Source: the human T2T-CHM13v2.0 reference genome, Homo sapiens
DNA: 64,000 nt
Reading direction: 5' to 3' (one strand)
NCBI RefSeq assembly: GCF_009914755.1
Contig: NC_060925.1
Position numbers and translations under genes: made by a program
Shown here: positions 12,970 through 25,218 of the stretch, piece after piece
Layout of the letters: every line of letters starts with the position of its first letter
Position numbering within the stretch: position 1 is the stretch's first letter
Notes under the pieces: generated by a model
What the model was told of the DNA's origin: nothing
The model's input: the letters and a program-made list of their open reading frames with translations, nothing else
Database searches by the model: none

Positions 12970-13525
12970 TTGTCCCACTGATCACAAAATCCACACCACT
13001 ACCTTACTAATGTTATACCTGTTTACCCCAAAGCTTTAGTCATACAAATAATTTTTCTGTGCTCTCATAGGGTTTAACTATACCTTTTACTTAAAGACTT
13101 ACAGAAACTGGCCTTAGGAGATCCAAATAGTGAACCAAGTTTACAGTGTCCCAACTCGGGATGAAATGCTGAATAACTGATTTACAGCCTTGTTACCAGT
13201 GGCCAGTCCACTAGGTGGCTCGTTACTCAAGATAACAATTGCAACCAGATATGCTGAACTGCATCTACTACCCAATCACATGTTTTACCCAGCCCAGCCT
13301 TTATAGCTTACCCTTGATGTCAATTCCTGCTCTTTACCTAAAAAAAACCCTATTATTGACTCTTTTCAAAGAGCCAGCCAGAGAATCCTTGCACCTCCAC
13401 TGTCTCTCTTGCACTCAAGCACAATGACTGAAATAAAAACCTTGCCTGGGAAATCTGCTTAAATCTGCTTGGCCCTGTGTTAATTTCCATTACAGGAGGA
13501 GCCTACGAGCCTGTGGCCTGTAACA
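12970..13525 (+). mobile_element. ERVL LTR (MER54/MER74 group)
   Basis: ccttaggagatccaaat...gatttacagccttgtt...ccactaggtggc...ttactcaagataac...gcaaccagatatgctga; AATAAA at about 13432; ends tgtaaca; left boundary approximate. Confidence 0.65.
13208..13219 (+). promoter_or_regulatory. Candidate CTCF core motif in LTR
   Basis: CCACTAGGTGGC fits CCASYAGRKGGC exactly. Confidence 0.5.
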
Positions 13526-14059
13526 AAACAAGGCAAGACAGCTTAAAAAGTAAGCATTTTCACCACATGTCCAGGATTATTTGGTTAGATAAAATGAAAT
13601 ACTAATAGCTTAGTATTTCTCAAGAAATTGTGATATTTCCAGAAGAGGCTAACTTACACCAAAATGAAAAAAAAACTCAAACTTCAAAATTGTTCATCAA
13701 GAATTTTTTAAACCTTCAAATATGAGCTGTGAATTTCTAAAATGTTCAAGTTATACATCTCTGTGTTCAGATAATCCCATATACTATGCAATCCTTAGGG
13801 AAATGAAGATATCTTGTGAGAAAATTAAGGTGAGGCTGGGGTTGAGAGTGTATTATCCCCTAAAATGATGATTGGTTGACACTAGGCCAAAAATTCATCT
13901 GGAATATTTAGTGAATGAATATTTACTCCCAATAATGTTTTTAATTCATTGCATTTACTGAACTGAGGTTTCTACTTTTACTTCTTCAGATTTTCTCTGT
14001 GACTTTGGGAAAATCATTGTAATGCTGCCTGCCTATTTCATCATTTATAACCTTAATCT

Positions 14060-14400
14060 TCATTCATTCATTCATTTACTTAAAAAATATCTACCATGTA
14101 CCTTCTAAGTGCAAAACAAATGGCTTGCTGCTATGTCAGATAAAGTGACACATTTAGACATGAGCCTCAGTGAACTTATTATCTTGAAGAGAACAGAAAA
14201 AAAGGTATATAAGGAATGTGTTTTTCATGTTAGATAGAGAACTATTATACAGGGTTGAAAGTGACAAATGCCATAAAGAAGTTCAGATAATGTACAATGC
14301 ATGTTCAAAGAAGGCAAAATTATTTAAGGTAGAAATAAACAGAAATTGAATGAGCTGAAATCTGTTCTGGGTGTAAAAACTCAGGTTGAATTTAAATATC
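14060..14400 (-). mobile_element. L2 3' fragment
   Basis: ttcattcattcattt tail followed by degenerate L2 3' sequence. Confidence 0.5.
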
Positions 14401-14541
14401 TGAAAATAAGAAGTGTATTCCACACATAAGTAGGTATCCACAAAAAACCTCACTTTACTTGGAGTGTAAAATGCAAAAAAAAAAAATTAAAAACATAGCA
14501 TTAATTAAATTTGGATTAAATTGTAAGAAATGCTGATTGCT

Positions 14542-14880
<339 letters not shown>

Positions 14881-15414
14881 TCAAGTTTTGTTTTGTAAAG
14901 TTTAGTACAACAGAAGATTTTTGAGGCAGGAAGAGACAAAAATTAGTTATTCTTTTAGGAAGACTGTTTTGTCACATGTGTACTATACATTGTCTTTCCT
15001 AATTGGGTGTATAAAGGACTTCCACAAACATTTTTACAAAGAGAAGCATCTTACTTTTTTCATCAGCAACCTTATGTGCTACTGTTTGCAGCAATAAAAG
15101 TTTATAAACATAATGAGCTCCATCATAGCTTATTTACCTCAGTACTGGAACAATGTTTCCTATAACAAATTAGTTCACTGAGAATGACAGAAATAGAGAA
15201 TAGATGAGCAAAGATTTTCCCCAAGTAAATTAGTTACTAAAAATGTCAGTGTCAAAGAAAAATAAGTTTTAGGTTTTTAAGTGCTGTATCACATAAAAAT
15301 AAACAATACTGGATAGGTGGAGTATCAAATGTCTTACAGTCCATCTTGGAGTGATTCTCAAAGAGAAAATATATTTAATTATAAACAAGAGCAATTTATC
15401 CAGAAGCATGTCAG

Positions 15415-15989
15415 TGAAGGAAATACAAATATTTTACCCCAAAATAAATTTGTTTGACGTATTTTGAAGAGACTGTCACTGAGCCAGCAAACCCAAGTGC
15501 CTTTGCAAAGCTGCCTTTTGTGGGGAAAATTTGCATCTGTAGAGAATCTCCGTTAATGTAGTCATGCCTCCACTTCCTATGCCTTTCCAGGATCCAGTAG
15601 AGACTGAGAGTCTGACATCTTTAAATGTAAAAAAACAAAAAACAAGAAAACAAAAAACAAAAACCAAAACAAAACAAAAAACACACCATTTACCATCTAT
15701 TCTCCCAAAAAAGGCTTCATCTACATAACAAGGCCACCTTTGCTATCTAAGCCTCTTTCTTTCTCCCTCCCATAACCTGTTTCACAAGAATCCAAACCCT
15801 CATTCTTTCTATAACTTGAAAATGGTATAAAAGTTTCTGTAACTCTTTGGGAAATTGGGTCTTCATTCTGAAGGCTCCCATGTGTACATGTTAAAGAAAT
15901 TTGTATGTTTTCTCTCCTTTTAATCAGTCTGCCTCGTGACAGGGATTTTTCAGTGAATCTTTAGAGGGCCGATGGCTATGGCCCCCACA
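15415..15989 (+). mobile_element. ERV1 MER4-group solo LTR (LTR23/LTR24-like) with internal (CAAAA)n expansion
   Basis: tgaaggaaat...attttaccccaaaata...gcaaagctgccttttgtggggaaaatttgcatctgtagagaatc...ccccaca; perfect 4-bp TSD tcag. Confidence 0.8.
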
Positions 15990-17691
15990 TCAGCTGGTGA
16001 ACCTTTTGCACTTTTAGAAGTGATCACATCCAGTGTGGTATATTCACTTCTTCTTGCCTGTTTCCTTTTATGTTTAAATTGCTACATGCCAGCATCACAC
16101 ATCTCAAGGATGGCTTGTCAAAATGTGTTTTGCTGGTTTTTTATAAGATTATCTTTTCACCAGAAAAACTCACACCGGGATTCCAGTGTAGGCAATGAGA
16201 CTGCCTAATTCCACACCCAGCCCATTATACGGGGCCATTTCTGCTGCTTCAAATATCGTCTTGCTGTGAAGTGCATTCCCTGTAATCATATCCATTCATC
16301 TTTGCCTTACTTTCTTTAAATGCCTAGGAACATGCCTTAAAAATATTTGTGTTTATCCTGTTTTACATATGGTAGGCATTTAAAAAATAGAAAGTAAATA
16401 AGTAAGTAGATAAATAAATGGCCCATTTGGGAATAAGAACCTTAGGGAAAAAATGCTATTTTTTCAGTCCTTTTTCCAGACATGAGTATTTTGAAATCAC
16501 ACCATCTTCTCATTTTACATTATAACAAAAACACTTTTGATTCTTCATGTGGTTAGAAATCTAAACACTGCCAGAGATACATCTCTCATTTCACACTTCA
16601 GAAATGATGCAAAAGATCATTGTATGCCCCTAGGGCTTGAAATAATGGGTAGTCATTGCATGTGCTCTGGTTGGAAAAGACTGCAGATTACTTTTTCTTT
16701 TAGCCATACCCATCCGGACAACATGTCATCACCACTAAAAGCTTCATTTTTTAACGGGAAGGGGGAAAAATGAGAGAAAAGCACTTGTAAATATGTTAAC
16801 TGTTCAGTAAATGTTAATTAACCATTGAAGGTGGCAGCCAAACTCTTCATATCCACCAATGCCTTGAAAACATTGTGTGAGATTATCTACCTTCAAACCC
16901 AGGCTGATTTTATAAATTTCTCTTTCATAGAGTAACACATGTAAGATTTTAAATTAGCTCTTCAGAAAGAAGGCATGATACAAATCCAGCATATAAATAA
17001 ATAAATAATGCTCAAACACAGGGCTTTGGGTGATTTATTTTTATTTCCTCCTGTTTTTGTTTTTGAAGTTTACACATAAGTTGTGTTGATTTTCTCCTTT
17101 CACGAACTTACTAATGTTGATGATTTCTGATGAATTTTTTCCAAATAAAAAACATCTTAGCAGTAGAATTATCGATTTGCCTTGGGATCTTGTAATAGCT
17201 CCCTAATTGTAATGAATGTAAGTATGGACAAACTATTATTAACAGTTTTCTACAATGTGGAAACTCAAGGGGTCATATAAGAACTACACTAGTTCAAACT
17301 TGGAAACCATTTGCTTCTTTAAATGACTTTAAGCTGATTCCTTCCATTTTTTAGGCTTTCATTTTGTTTCCTATAAAGTTGTGATGACAAATTCTAAGCA
17401 TAGGGATTGCATGATGATGTGATTAAATTTTCTGTTTCATAGTAGGACTTTTCAAGTGTGTTGCTGAAGAAAAAACCAAACTCTTGTGAGATATTTAGAG
17501 AGGTTTATTCTGAACCAATATGAGTGACCATGGTCTAGTTCAAGAGGGCCTGAGAATGTGTGCCTGAGGCAGTCAGGTTAGTTACAGGTTGGTTTTATAC
17601 ATTTTAGGGATACAGGAATTGTAAGTAAGATCGTAAGTCAATGCAAGAAAACTATACATTGGTTCAACCTAAAGAGGCAGATATCTTGACG

Positions 17692-18423
17692 TATAACGGC
17701 CAAATGGGTTCTTGCCTGCTGCCCAGACAGATTCAATTTATTAAGACAGGGAAATTGCAATAGAGAAAGAGTTTAATTCACTCAGAGCTGCCTGTACAGG
17801 AGACCCAAGTTTTCTTATTCCTCAAATCAGTCTCCCTGGAAATTCAGAGACTGGGATTTTTAAGGATAATTTGGTGAATAGTTGGTCAGGAAGTGGGGAG
17901 TGCTGATTGATGGGGTCAGAGATAAAATCATAGGGGGTCAAGTGGTTTTTTCTTGCTGTCTTCTGTTCCTGGGTGGGATGGTAGAACTGGTTGAGCCAGA
18001 TTACTGGTCTAGGTTGCACTAGCTGGTATATGGGAACACGAGGTCTGCAAAATATCTTGAGCACTAATCTTAGGTTTTACAACAGTGATGTTATCCCCAG
18101 GAGCAATATGGGGAGGTTTGAAATCTTTCAGCCTCTGGCTGTGTGACTCCTATACCATAATTTCTAATCTTATGGCTAATTTGTAAGTTCTACAAAGGCA
18201 GACTGGTCCGCAGGCAAGAAGAGGGTTTGTTTTGGGAAAGGCTATTATCATTTTTGTTTCAAAGTTAAACTACCAACTAAGCTCCTCACAAAATTTGTCT
18301 GGCCTACACCCAGGAATGAAGAAGGACAGCTTGGGGATTAGAAGCAAGATGGAGTTAGTTAGATCAGATCTCTTTCACTGTCATAAGTTTCTCATGGTGA
18401 TAATTTCTACAACATCGATTTCA
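17692..18423 (-). mobile_element. LTR8/LTR8A solo LTR
   Basis: Reverse complement: tgaaatc...gacagtgaaagagatctg...ctccatcttgcttctaatccccaagctgtccttcttcattcctggg; flanks gacg/gaag. Confidence 0.85.
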
Positions 18424-18645
18424 GAAGTGGAGGAGGGTTTACAAGTCATAGGTGGTTCAAAGATTTTCTGATTGGCAACTGGTTGAAAGAGTTAAGCTTT
18501 GTATAAAGATTTGAGGTCAGTAGAAATAAATGTTTGAGTTAATATAAGGGGAGTTGTGTAGATCATTGTTCTTGTTACGTAGATGAGGCCTGATATGTAG
18601 CAGTCTTCAGAGAGAACAGATGGTAAATGTCTCTTTTCAGAGCTC

Positions 18646-18939
18646 ATTTATTATTATTATTTTGTGAGACAGGGTCTCACTTGGTCGGGCTAAATTGCAG
18701 TGGCACAATCATAACTCACTGAAGCCTTGAACTCGGGCTGAAGAAATCCTTCTGCCTCAGCTTCTCAAGTAGCTAGGACTATGGGCACACACCAACCATA
18801 CCTGGCAAATTTTATTTTTGGTAGAGATGGTGTTTTGCTGTGTTGTTCAAGCTGGTAGCCAACTCCTGGCCTCAAGCAAATCCTCTTGCTTCAATTCCCA
18901 AAGTGCTGTGATCACAGGTGTGAGCCATAGCACCAGGCC
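18646..18939 (-). mobile_element. AluJ
   Basis: gagacagggtctcac...ctcactgaagccttgaactc...actcctggcctcaagc; highly diverged; degenerate TSD tcttttca(g/c)a(g/c)ct. Confidence 0.88.
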
Positions 18940-19989
18940 TCTTTTCACACCTTAAAGGTGTCAGACAGTTAATCTCTCCCAGATTCTGGAAATACCTGGC
19001 TGCATTAATGGATACTTTCTTCAGATGCAAATTTCCCTCTCAAATATCAGCCATTTCAAAATATGTCAAAGAAATATATTTTGGGGTAAAATATTTTTAT
19101 TTCCTTCAGGGTTGTCTGTCATGTGATATACTATACCAGAGTCAGGTTGGAATTTGGCATTTTCTTTCTACATTGATCTTATGATCTCCATGTTAATGTT
19201 AATGTTGGTCAGTTGTACCTAAACTCCAAAAGGGAGGGGGTATTATGAGGTGTGTCTGTCCTCCTTTCTTGTCGTGGATGGGAATTTCATTTTTCGGGTT
19301 TCTCTAAGGTCCTCTTGTCCAAAAGGGGGTCCGTTAATTTGGTTCAAGGGCTTAGGATTTTATTTTTGGTCTACAGTGTTTTATTTTAACCTAATCTAAG
19401 TCAAACAGTTCAATGTAAATTCATCAGGTTCACTCTTATAAGGATTTAAAGATGCTCTCAATGTAGCTGATTTTTGTCAAGTGAGTCCCATTATGAAGCC
19501 AACAGTGAATTCTGTATGGGTATAATATAATTAGTATCTCTTAAAGTTAATTTTCACTGAGATTTATAAATGAACACAATTAATGTTAAGAGATAATTAT
19601 TGATATTCTGTGCTCACTTATTAAATGAAAGTGCGTATTTAGGTCTCCTCCTCAGCTTAACTATCAAGCAATCTCTCACCCTATTATTTATTTCCATTGT
19701 GCTATATCCACTCTAATATAGCAATCAACAAATATTTATTGAATGTCTACTAAGTAAGTGTAAAGGCTCATACAGCACATCTCACATAATGCTCTATCAG
19801 CTGTGATATACTCTGGGCAACATGAATGAAGGTTTTGGGCAAGAAGGTGGCTCAATTTTCCCTTATTTCCTTTTATACATTTTGATTTTGCAGCATATTT
19901 ATGCATGATATTCAAAATAACTGAAGGAAGAGAAAAGCATCAGTCTTCAACGATTTTAAACTGGAGTGAGAAATATACGATGTACATGC

Positions 19990-20110
19990 ACAGGGCCCTG
20001 TGTTCAGTTTAGTGCTCTGCTGTCACTTTCTGGAAAATCCTAATTATCTTGAAACAAGGAAATCTGCATTTTTATTTTGCACTGGGCTCATGAGTTATGT
20101 AGATGGATCT
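19990..20110 (-). mobile_element. MER91-like hAT DNA transposon fragment
   Basis: gtttagtgctctgctgtc...ttgaaacaagg...gcatttttattttgcactgggc matches the MER91A reverse complement. Confidence 0.6.
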
Positions 20111-20187
20111 TCATCAAATAAAAGTGACATTGTAAGGTAGTATGTGGTAAGAATTAAGTGGATAGTATTAACAATCCCTGATAGAAT

Positions 20188-20700
20188 TGATGAGGTTAGA
20201 GGAAATGCTTCCCAAAATGTGGCACCTTGAAAACTGAGGAAACAGCAGAAGGAGGATGGCCACTTTCACCTTCCTTTCACCTTTCTTCCCTGAAGCAAAT
20301 CATAAAATGTAGGATGGTCACTCTCTGACTTTGTTGCTCTCTTCTCCCCCGAAGACCCTCATGTGACAGATGTCCTGACTCATACCTAGAGGGTAGGAAT
20401 GTCACACAGGAACACCAAGAGGATTCTGAACACAAAGGCCTTGCTATATATCCCCCAGTTTACTACCATTAGATTACATGCTTTTGTCCTCCAGTCATAC
20501 TCTGCATGACTTCTGGTAAAAATATACAGATTTCATTGTCTTGTTTAGTCTTCATTTCTGAAAGCTCACATGTCACATCAAATTTATTAAATAAATGTGT
20601 ATGCTTTTCTCTTGTTAATCTGTGCTTTATCATATGGGTCTCAGCCATGAACCTTGCAATGGTTGAGAAGAAGAGTTATCAGTCCGTTTTCTACCCTACA
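20188..20700 (+). mobile_element. MER34-family ERV1 solo LTR
   Basis: TG...CA termini, perfect TSD gaat; cttcatttctgaaagctc...aataaatgtgtatgcttttctcttgttaatctg...ccctaca. Confidence 0.8.
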
Positions 20701-23154
20701 GAATGAAAGGAAAGAAGGAAAACTCTGTCTAAACAAACAAGTTATAATAGAATGAAATTCATCCTCTGTAAAAGGAAAAGATTATGTAAAGAATTTTGTT
20801 ACTCCTGCAAATGGTCCTGTCTCTAATGTGTCCTTATATGTGTCTTTATTCATATTTAAATAGGGTTGATCCCTCTACTCCAATGAAAAGATTAGAATTC
20901 TATGGTCATTATGCTTTTCAACTGTGGCACAAACATTTCTACGTAGCATCTGTTCACTTAGAATGGATTTCTAAGTGCAAACTAACACCTATTAGTGCTC
21001 AAAAGAGTGTAGGCATTTATTAACTTAGTGAAAGTTAATTCCTCTCTCCTTTAAATGCAAATCTTATACTCTTGTAATATGCTACTGCTCTTGCCCTTTA
21101 GAAGAACCCCTTTGGGAGTTGATTGTGTCTCTAATTCATGCAACAGGATATAACTTGTTGTTAACTGACTGACAAGATACTGTCAGATGGGTCACTTTGT
21201 GACACATTTGAACTTAATTGGTAGGAATTGTCAAAACCTTGGCGATGCTTCTGAATGCAAGAGTTTGTGGTTCCAAGCCACCAAATTAAGTTGCACCACA
21301 AAATCCAACTTTTTTAAAACAATAAAGACTAACAGACTCTTGCACACCCTAAAGCGATCGTTCAGTACCAATGCCGTCCTTGCTCACCTCCCTTACAAAT
21401 GATATTTTATTGACATGAACATGTAGACACGATGCGCTGTGCCTAACTATTCTCAAGAGAGAGACTGAAACTGAGGCCAAGTAACTTTTGAAGCCAAGCT
21501 ATTGCATCTGACTGTTTCAGCAAACAGATATGTAGAGCTGCCACAGTGGCAAATGGCGCTGAAAGGCACAAGAAAAGTGGGACAGAAAAAGTGCTGGGCA
21601 AGACACAGAATGATTGATGGCATGCCTCTTTTGCTGGATGCCATCTGTTGAAGACTACAAGGAGACAAGTGAATGGAATATAATTTTTAAATAGCTTGTT
21701 TCTTTTATGAAATCAATCAATGTAATAGAACTTAAAAATTACATGTCGACTTGCCCTCCCAGATTCCAGTCCTTTTCTTTTTCTGTCAAAAATATTTTTG
21801 GTAAGTAAAAAGAGGCCTTATGCCATATGTGTTTTAATATGATAATTTTTAAAACTTATATTTTCTTTTCTTTTCCCAGTTGGAGAAAAGGAAAAATTCT
21901 ATTGCATACATTCTATTCCAAAAATCACTTGAGGAAAGATTTTCAGAACAAGTGATTTCCCATTTTGCAGTTGATTATTTCATTCACTAACATCCCCTAG
22001 TGTTCAAAGTCATAACTTTAATTTAGAGTGGAAAAGGAATAGTCAAAACATACTAGTATTACTGTGCATTTTAAATATAGAACTTGTGAAACCTTGTTAT
22101 ACCTGCCATTGTTGACTCCTTAATTTGAATAAGATTCTTAATAGCTTATGTTTATTAAAACCTGCTTTGATTTCCAACCCTTCCAAGCCATCTCCCCTCC
22201 CTCCCTCCCTCGCCTTCACGGAGAAAATAAAAGGATTTCATTTCCACATCTGAATCCGGTGTTTAAAAGTCCTTAAGTCATTTGAAACATTAAATTAGCA
22301 TCAGGGTATTTTTCAATGAAATGTCGCCAATGCTTTTTATAAAATAAGTACAGTGGAGAGGTCTCATATATTGGTGATGGGGTGCAGCCTATATTTCACA
22401 TATTTCACATGAAAATATGCATCATTATTGATGAAGGCAAAGTTATATCTACATTACCATAAGGAATTTGCATAAATCTCCACAGCAATAGGACTTTAAA
22501 ATATTCTATAATTTTTTTTCCCTTGCAAGTCAAGTTCCTACAATGAATTTAAAATAAGGTAGGTTAGGTTTGTGTGAAAAAATGAAAATTTACATATATT
22601 CAATTGCATAGGTTAGAAAAGGAATAGGGAGATGACTTATTCTATTCTTTCACACGTATCTTGAGGATATGTATAATGATTTTAAATATTATGGATCAGT
22701 ATCAGCATTAAGATAGAACCAATACTATACAAAGAAAGTAAAAATGTCCTAAATTTGTTGCAACAATTTATTGCAATTATAGCTCCTTGTTAAAATGCAA
22801 AATTCCATTAACCAGGTAATTGTGCCTAGAGAAAAAATATGTCTTAATATCTTTAATGAATTTATAAATGTATTGCTCTGGGGCTTGAAATAACCAGACA
22901 GTGTCTTCTATGTCTAGTTTTAGAAAAAAAAATTAGATCTAATTTTGTTTCCTGTTCCCCATGTCTTGCCAACGGAATGGTGGCCCTTTAAGATTAATCC
23001 TAAATCACTTATAATACAGAGGAGAATAAGTAAGCCATCAAAAATACAAACCTGGTGAAACAAAAAACCTAACTACCTACTACCAGTCTACAGGGCTAGA
23101 GATTTTCTTTTTTTCTAAAAATGCACTAATTAAAGCAGTAAATACTTTTTAAAA

Positions 23155-23252
23155 GAAGTTTTGCATTTGAACAGAAATCAGGTTCAAACCTGATTCTTTA
23201 CCTTTTAATAGCAGAGAGCCTTAGGGAGCATGCTCTTGCTCTGACTTATTTC
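23155..23252 (+). mobile_element. MIR fragment
   Basis: aggttcaaacctgattctttacc...agcagagagccttagggagc resembles the MIR B-box/core. Confidence 0.45.
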
Positions 23253-23309
23253 AGCATGTTAAGCTGTGTACTTAACATGTTTAAGCATGTTCACATTGTT
23301 AACATGCTT
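23226..23309. promoter_or_regulatory. Candidate p53-family response element cluster
   Basis: TAACATGTTT+AAGCATGTTC (23273-23292, zero spacer, 19/20 match to 2xRRRCWWGYYY), plus GAGCATGCTC, CAGCATGTTA, TAACATGCTT. Confidence 0.45.
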
Positions 23310-23419
23310 GAGAATGGTAGCAATGTTTTACCAAGGCAATTAATAACACTGTTTTATATTTGTAAAACAATAATTGTTTTACTAAGGCAGTTATTAATAC
23401 TTTAATACATTAATTCAGA

Positions 23420-23750
23420 CCTGTTCATTAAGTCACTAAATATTTTGTATTTATTGAGACCTTACTAGGTGCTCTGCTAGGCAGTGTGTCATGATCTGGG
23501 CTTGGAGTTATAAAAAATAAAGTCCATATGTACCATGGGCAAAAATTAACATAAAAGTAAAGCAAGAAAAACTTCCATTTTGAACACATACAAAGCAATT
23601 CCCTGATCCCTACCCAACTGGCTTTATTACTATTACTGTAAATAAATCCGTGAATAAATATGTAAATAAATAGTTGCTATAAATTGTGAGAAGTAGGATG
23701 ACAGAGACACATAGAAAACGTTCAAACAGGAGATAAATTGTAGTAAAGTG
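23420..23750 (-). mobile_element. L2 fragment
   Basis: tatttattgagaccttactaggtgctctgctaggc, typical of the L2 3' end. Confidence 0.5.
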
Positions 23751-24559
23751 CACGTGTTTGCGGTTTCACAGCAGGTGTGTTGCTTTATAGATTCCATTCA
23801 TTGGGTTCCAAATTGTCAAACTACCTATGCTTACCTTTTGCTCAAATAAAAGGAATATGCTGCTCTGAGGTATGCAAGGTGGACAGTAGTATTTAAACTG
23901 GTGGGAGTAGTCAGAAAGATGAGGAAGTAAGAATAGAATCTGGGAGAGAGAAAATAGTATAGCTCTCACATCATAGTTTAGGGATTTATCATTCCTAGGA
24001 GTGATGGGGCAAGAAAAAACACTATATATAATACTATCCAAAATTTATTAAGAATTTAATAATGAACACATCTATTAGAAGCAGACAAGAGTTTCACAGA
24101 CAAAGTTGGCATAGGAGGGCTTCTGTTTTGCCATCATTTAGTTTTTTCTTAGTGCATGTGGTGTGGGTATATACACACATGCATAAATATTGTTAATCAA
24201 ACTTGCCTCCATGAACTAATTCAAGAGTGTATACAGGTAGATAGCATTAACCTGTCCTGTATCATGACACTTCCAGATATTCTGGGAAGTGCTACACCAT
24301 GATCATAATGTTGTTCAAGTCAGGTTGACATCATAGAACTAGGAGGTTACAAGGAGTGTGAAAACAGACACAAGGAGAAAGGCCAGAAGATAACCAATGA
24401 TGACAGGACAGATGATAAAGAAGTCCTCTAATAAGATAAGGTTAAATTATACTAATTTTAAAAAGCATATGAATACAGTTAGATCTATGGACTCCCCGAA
24501 ACACCTAGCTGAACATCCTATATATGGTAGATGTTCAGTAAATATGTGTTGATCATGTG

Positions 24560-25218
24560 GGCATCTGTATCTTGGTTTTCAAATTCAGTCCTCCAATAAA
24601 AGAAACCAGAGCTTCTTGGAGAAATGGCTGATTCCAGAGCTGGGTCAAGTAAATTATAAGCTAAACCTGCAACATCTTTTTGTACCAGAAGAAAGAACAT
24701 GACCAAAGAATGAGGGGCATAATGCCACATGTCAAAAGGACACAAGAACCAACTTAAGGGCATATTTGCTGTCAAATCTGACACAATCGAAACTTCTAAA
24801 TAAATGTTGATAATTATATTTCATGATCTGTTGCTTTTGGAATTTTAAAGAATATAAATGAGATGATTGAACACATTTGAATGGAACCTATGTATTAGAT
24901 GGTAGTATGCTATCAATTCAATTTTCCTATTTTCATGTTTCTATTGTGGTTATGTATAGTAATTCCTTGTTTTAAGAAACTACATGCTATAGTATTTAGG
25001 AAAAATAATCATTGTTCTCACAAATGATCAAGAAAAAATAATGAACATAAATACATATGGAAATAGAATGATAAGGTAAATGTGGTAAAATGTTAGCAAC
25101 TGAAGAATCCAGTGTCTTCATAAAGGAGTTATATGTCTTTATAAAGGAGTTTTTATACTCTTCTTGTATCTTTTTCTGTACGTCTGGAATTATTTCAAGA
25201 TAAAAAATTTAAAAATAA
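24560..25218 (+). mobile_element. L1MC4/L1MC5-like 3'UTR fragment
   Basis: ctccaataaaagaaaccagagcttcttggagaaatggctgattccag...; ends ggaattatttcaagataaaaaatttaaaaa. Confidence 0.7.

Larger units (their letters stand above)
17459..19375 (-). mobile_element. MER4D/MER4E-like ERV1 LTR, interrupted by LTR8 and AluJ
   Basis: Reverse complement begins tgtagaccaaaaataaaatcctaagccc; contains the MER4 block attttaccccaaaatatatttctttgacatattttgaaatggc; pieces 17459-17691, 18424-18645 and 18940-19375 are collinear. Confidence 0.8.

Noticed and set aside
16174-16279. Minus-strand exon-like segment (NALHSKTIFEAAEMAPYNGLGVELGSLIAYTGIP, gtgagt donor)
   Set aside because: Acceptor lacks a polypyrimidine tract, the peptide is unrecognised, and an open frame of this length is expected by chance
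24325-24431. Plus-strand charged peptide VDIIELGGYKECENRHKEKGQKITNDDRTDDKEVL
   Set aside because: Weak acceptor and no recognisable homology; purine-rich composition explains it
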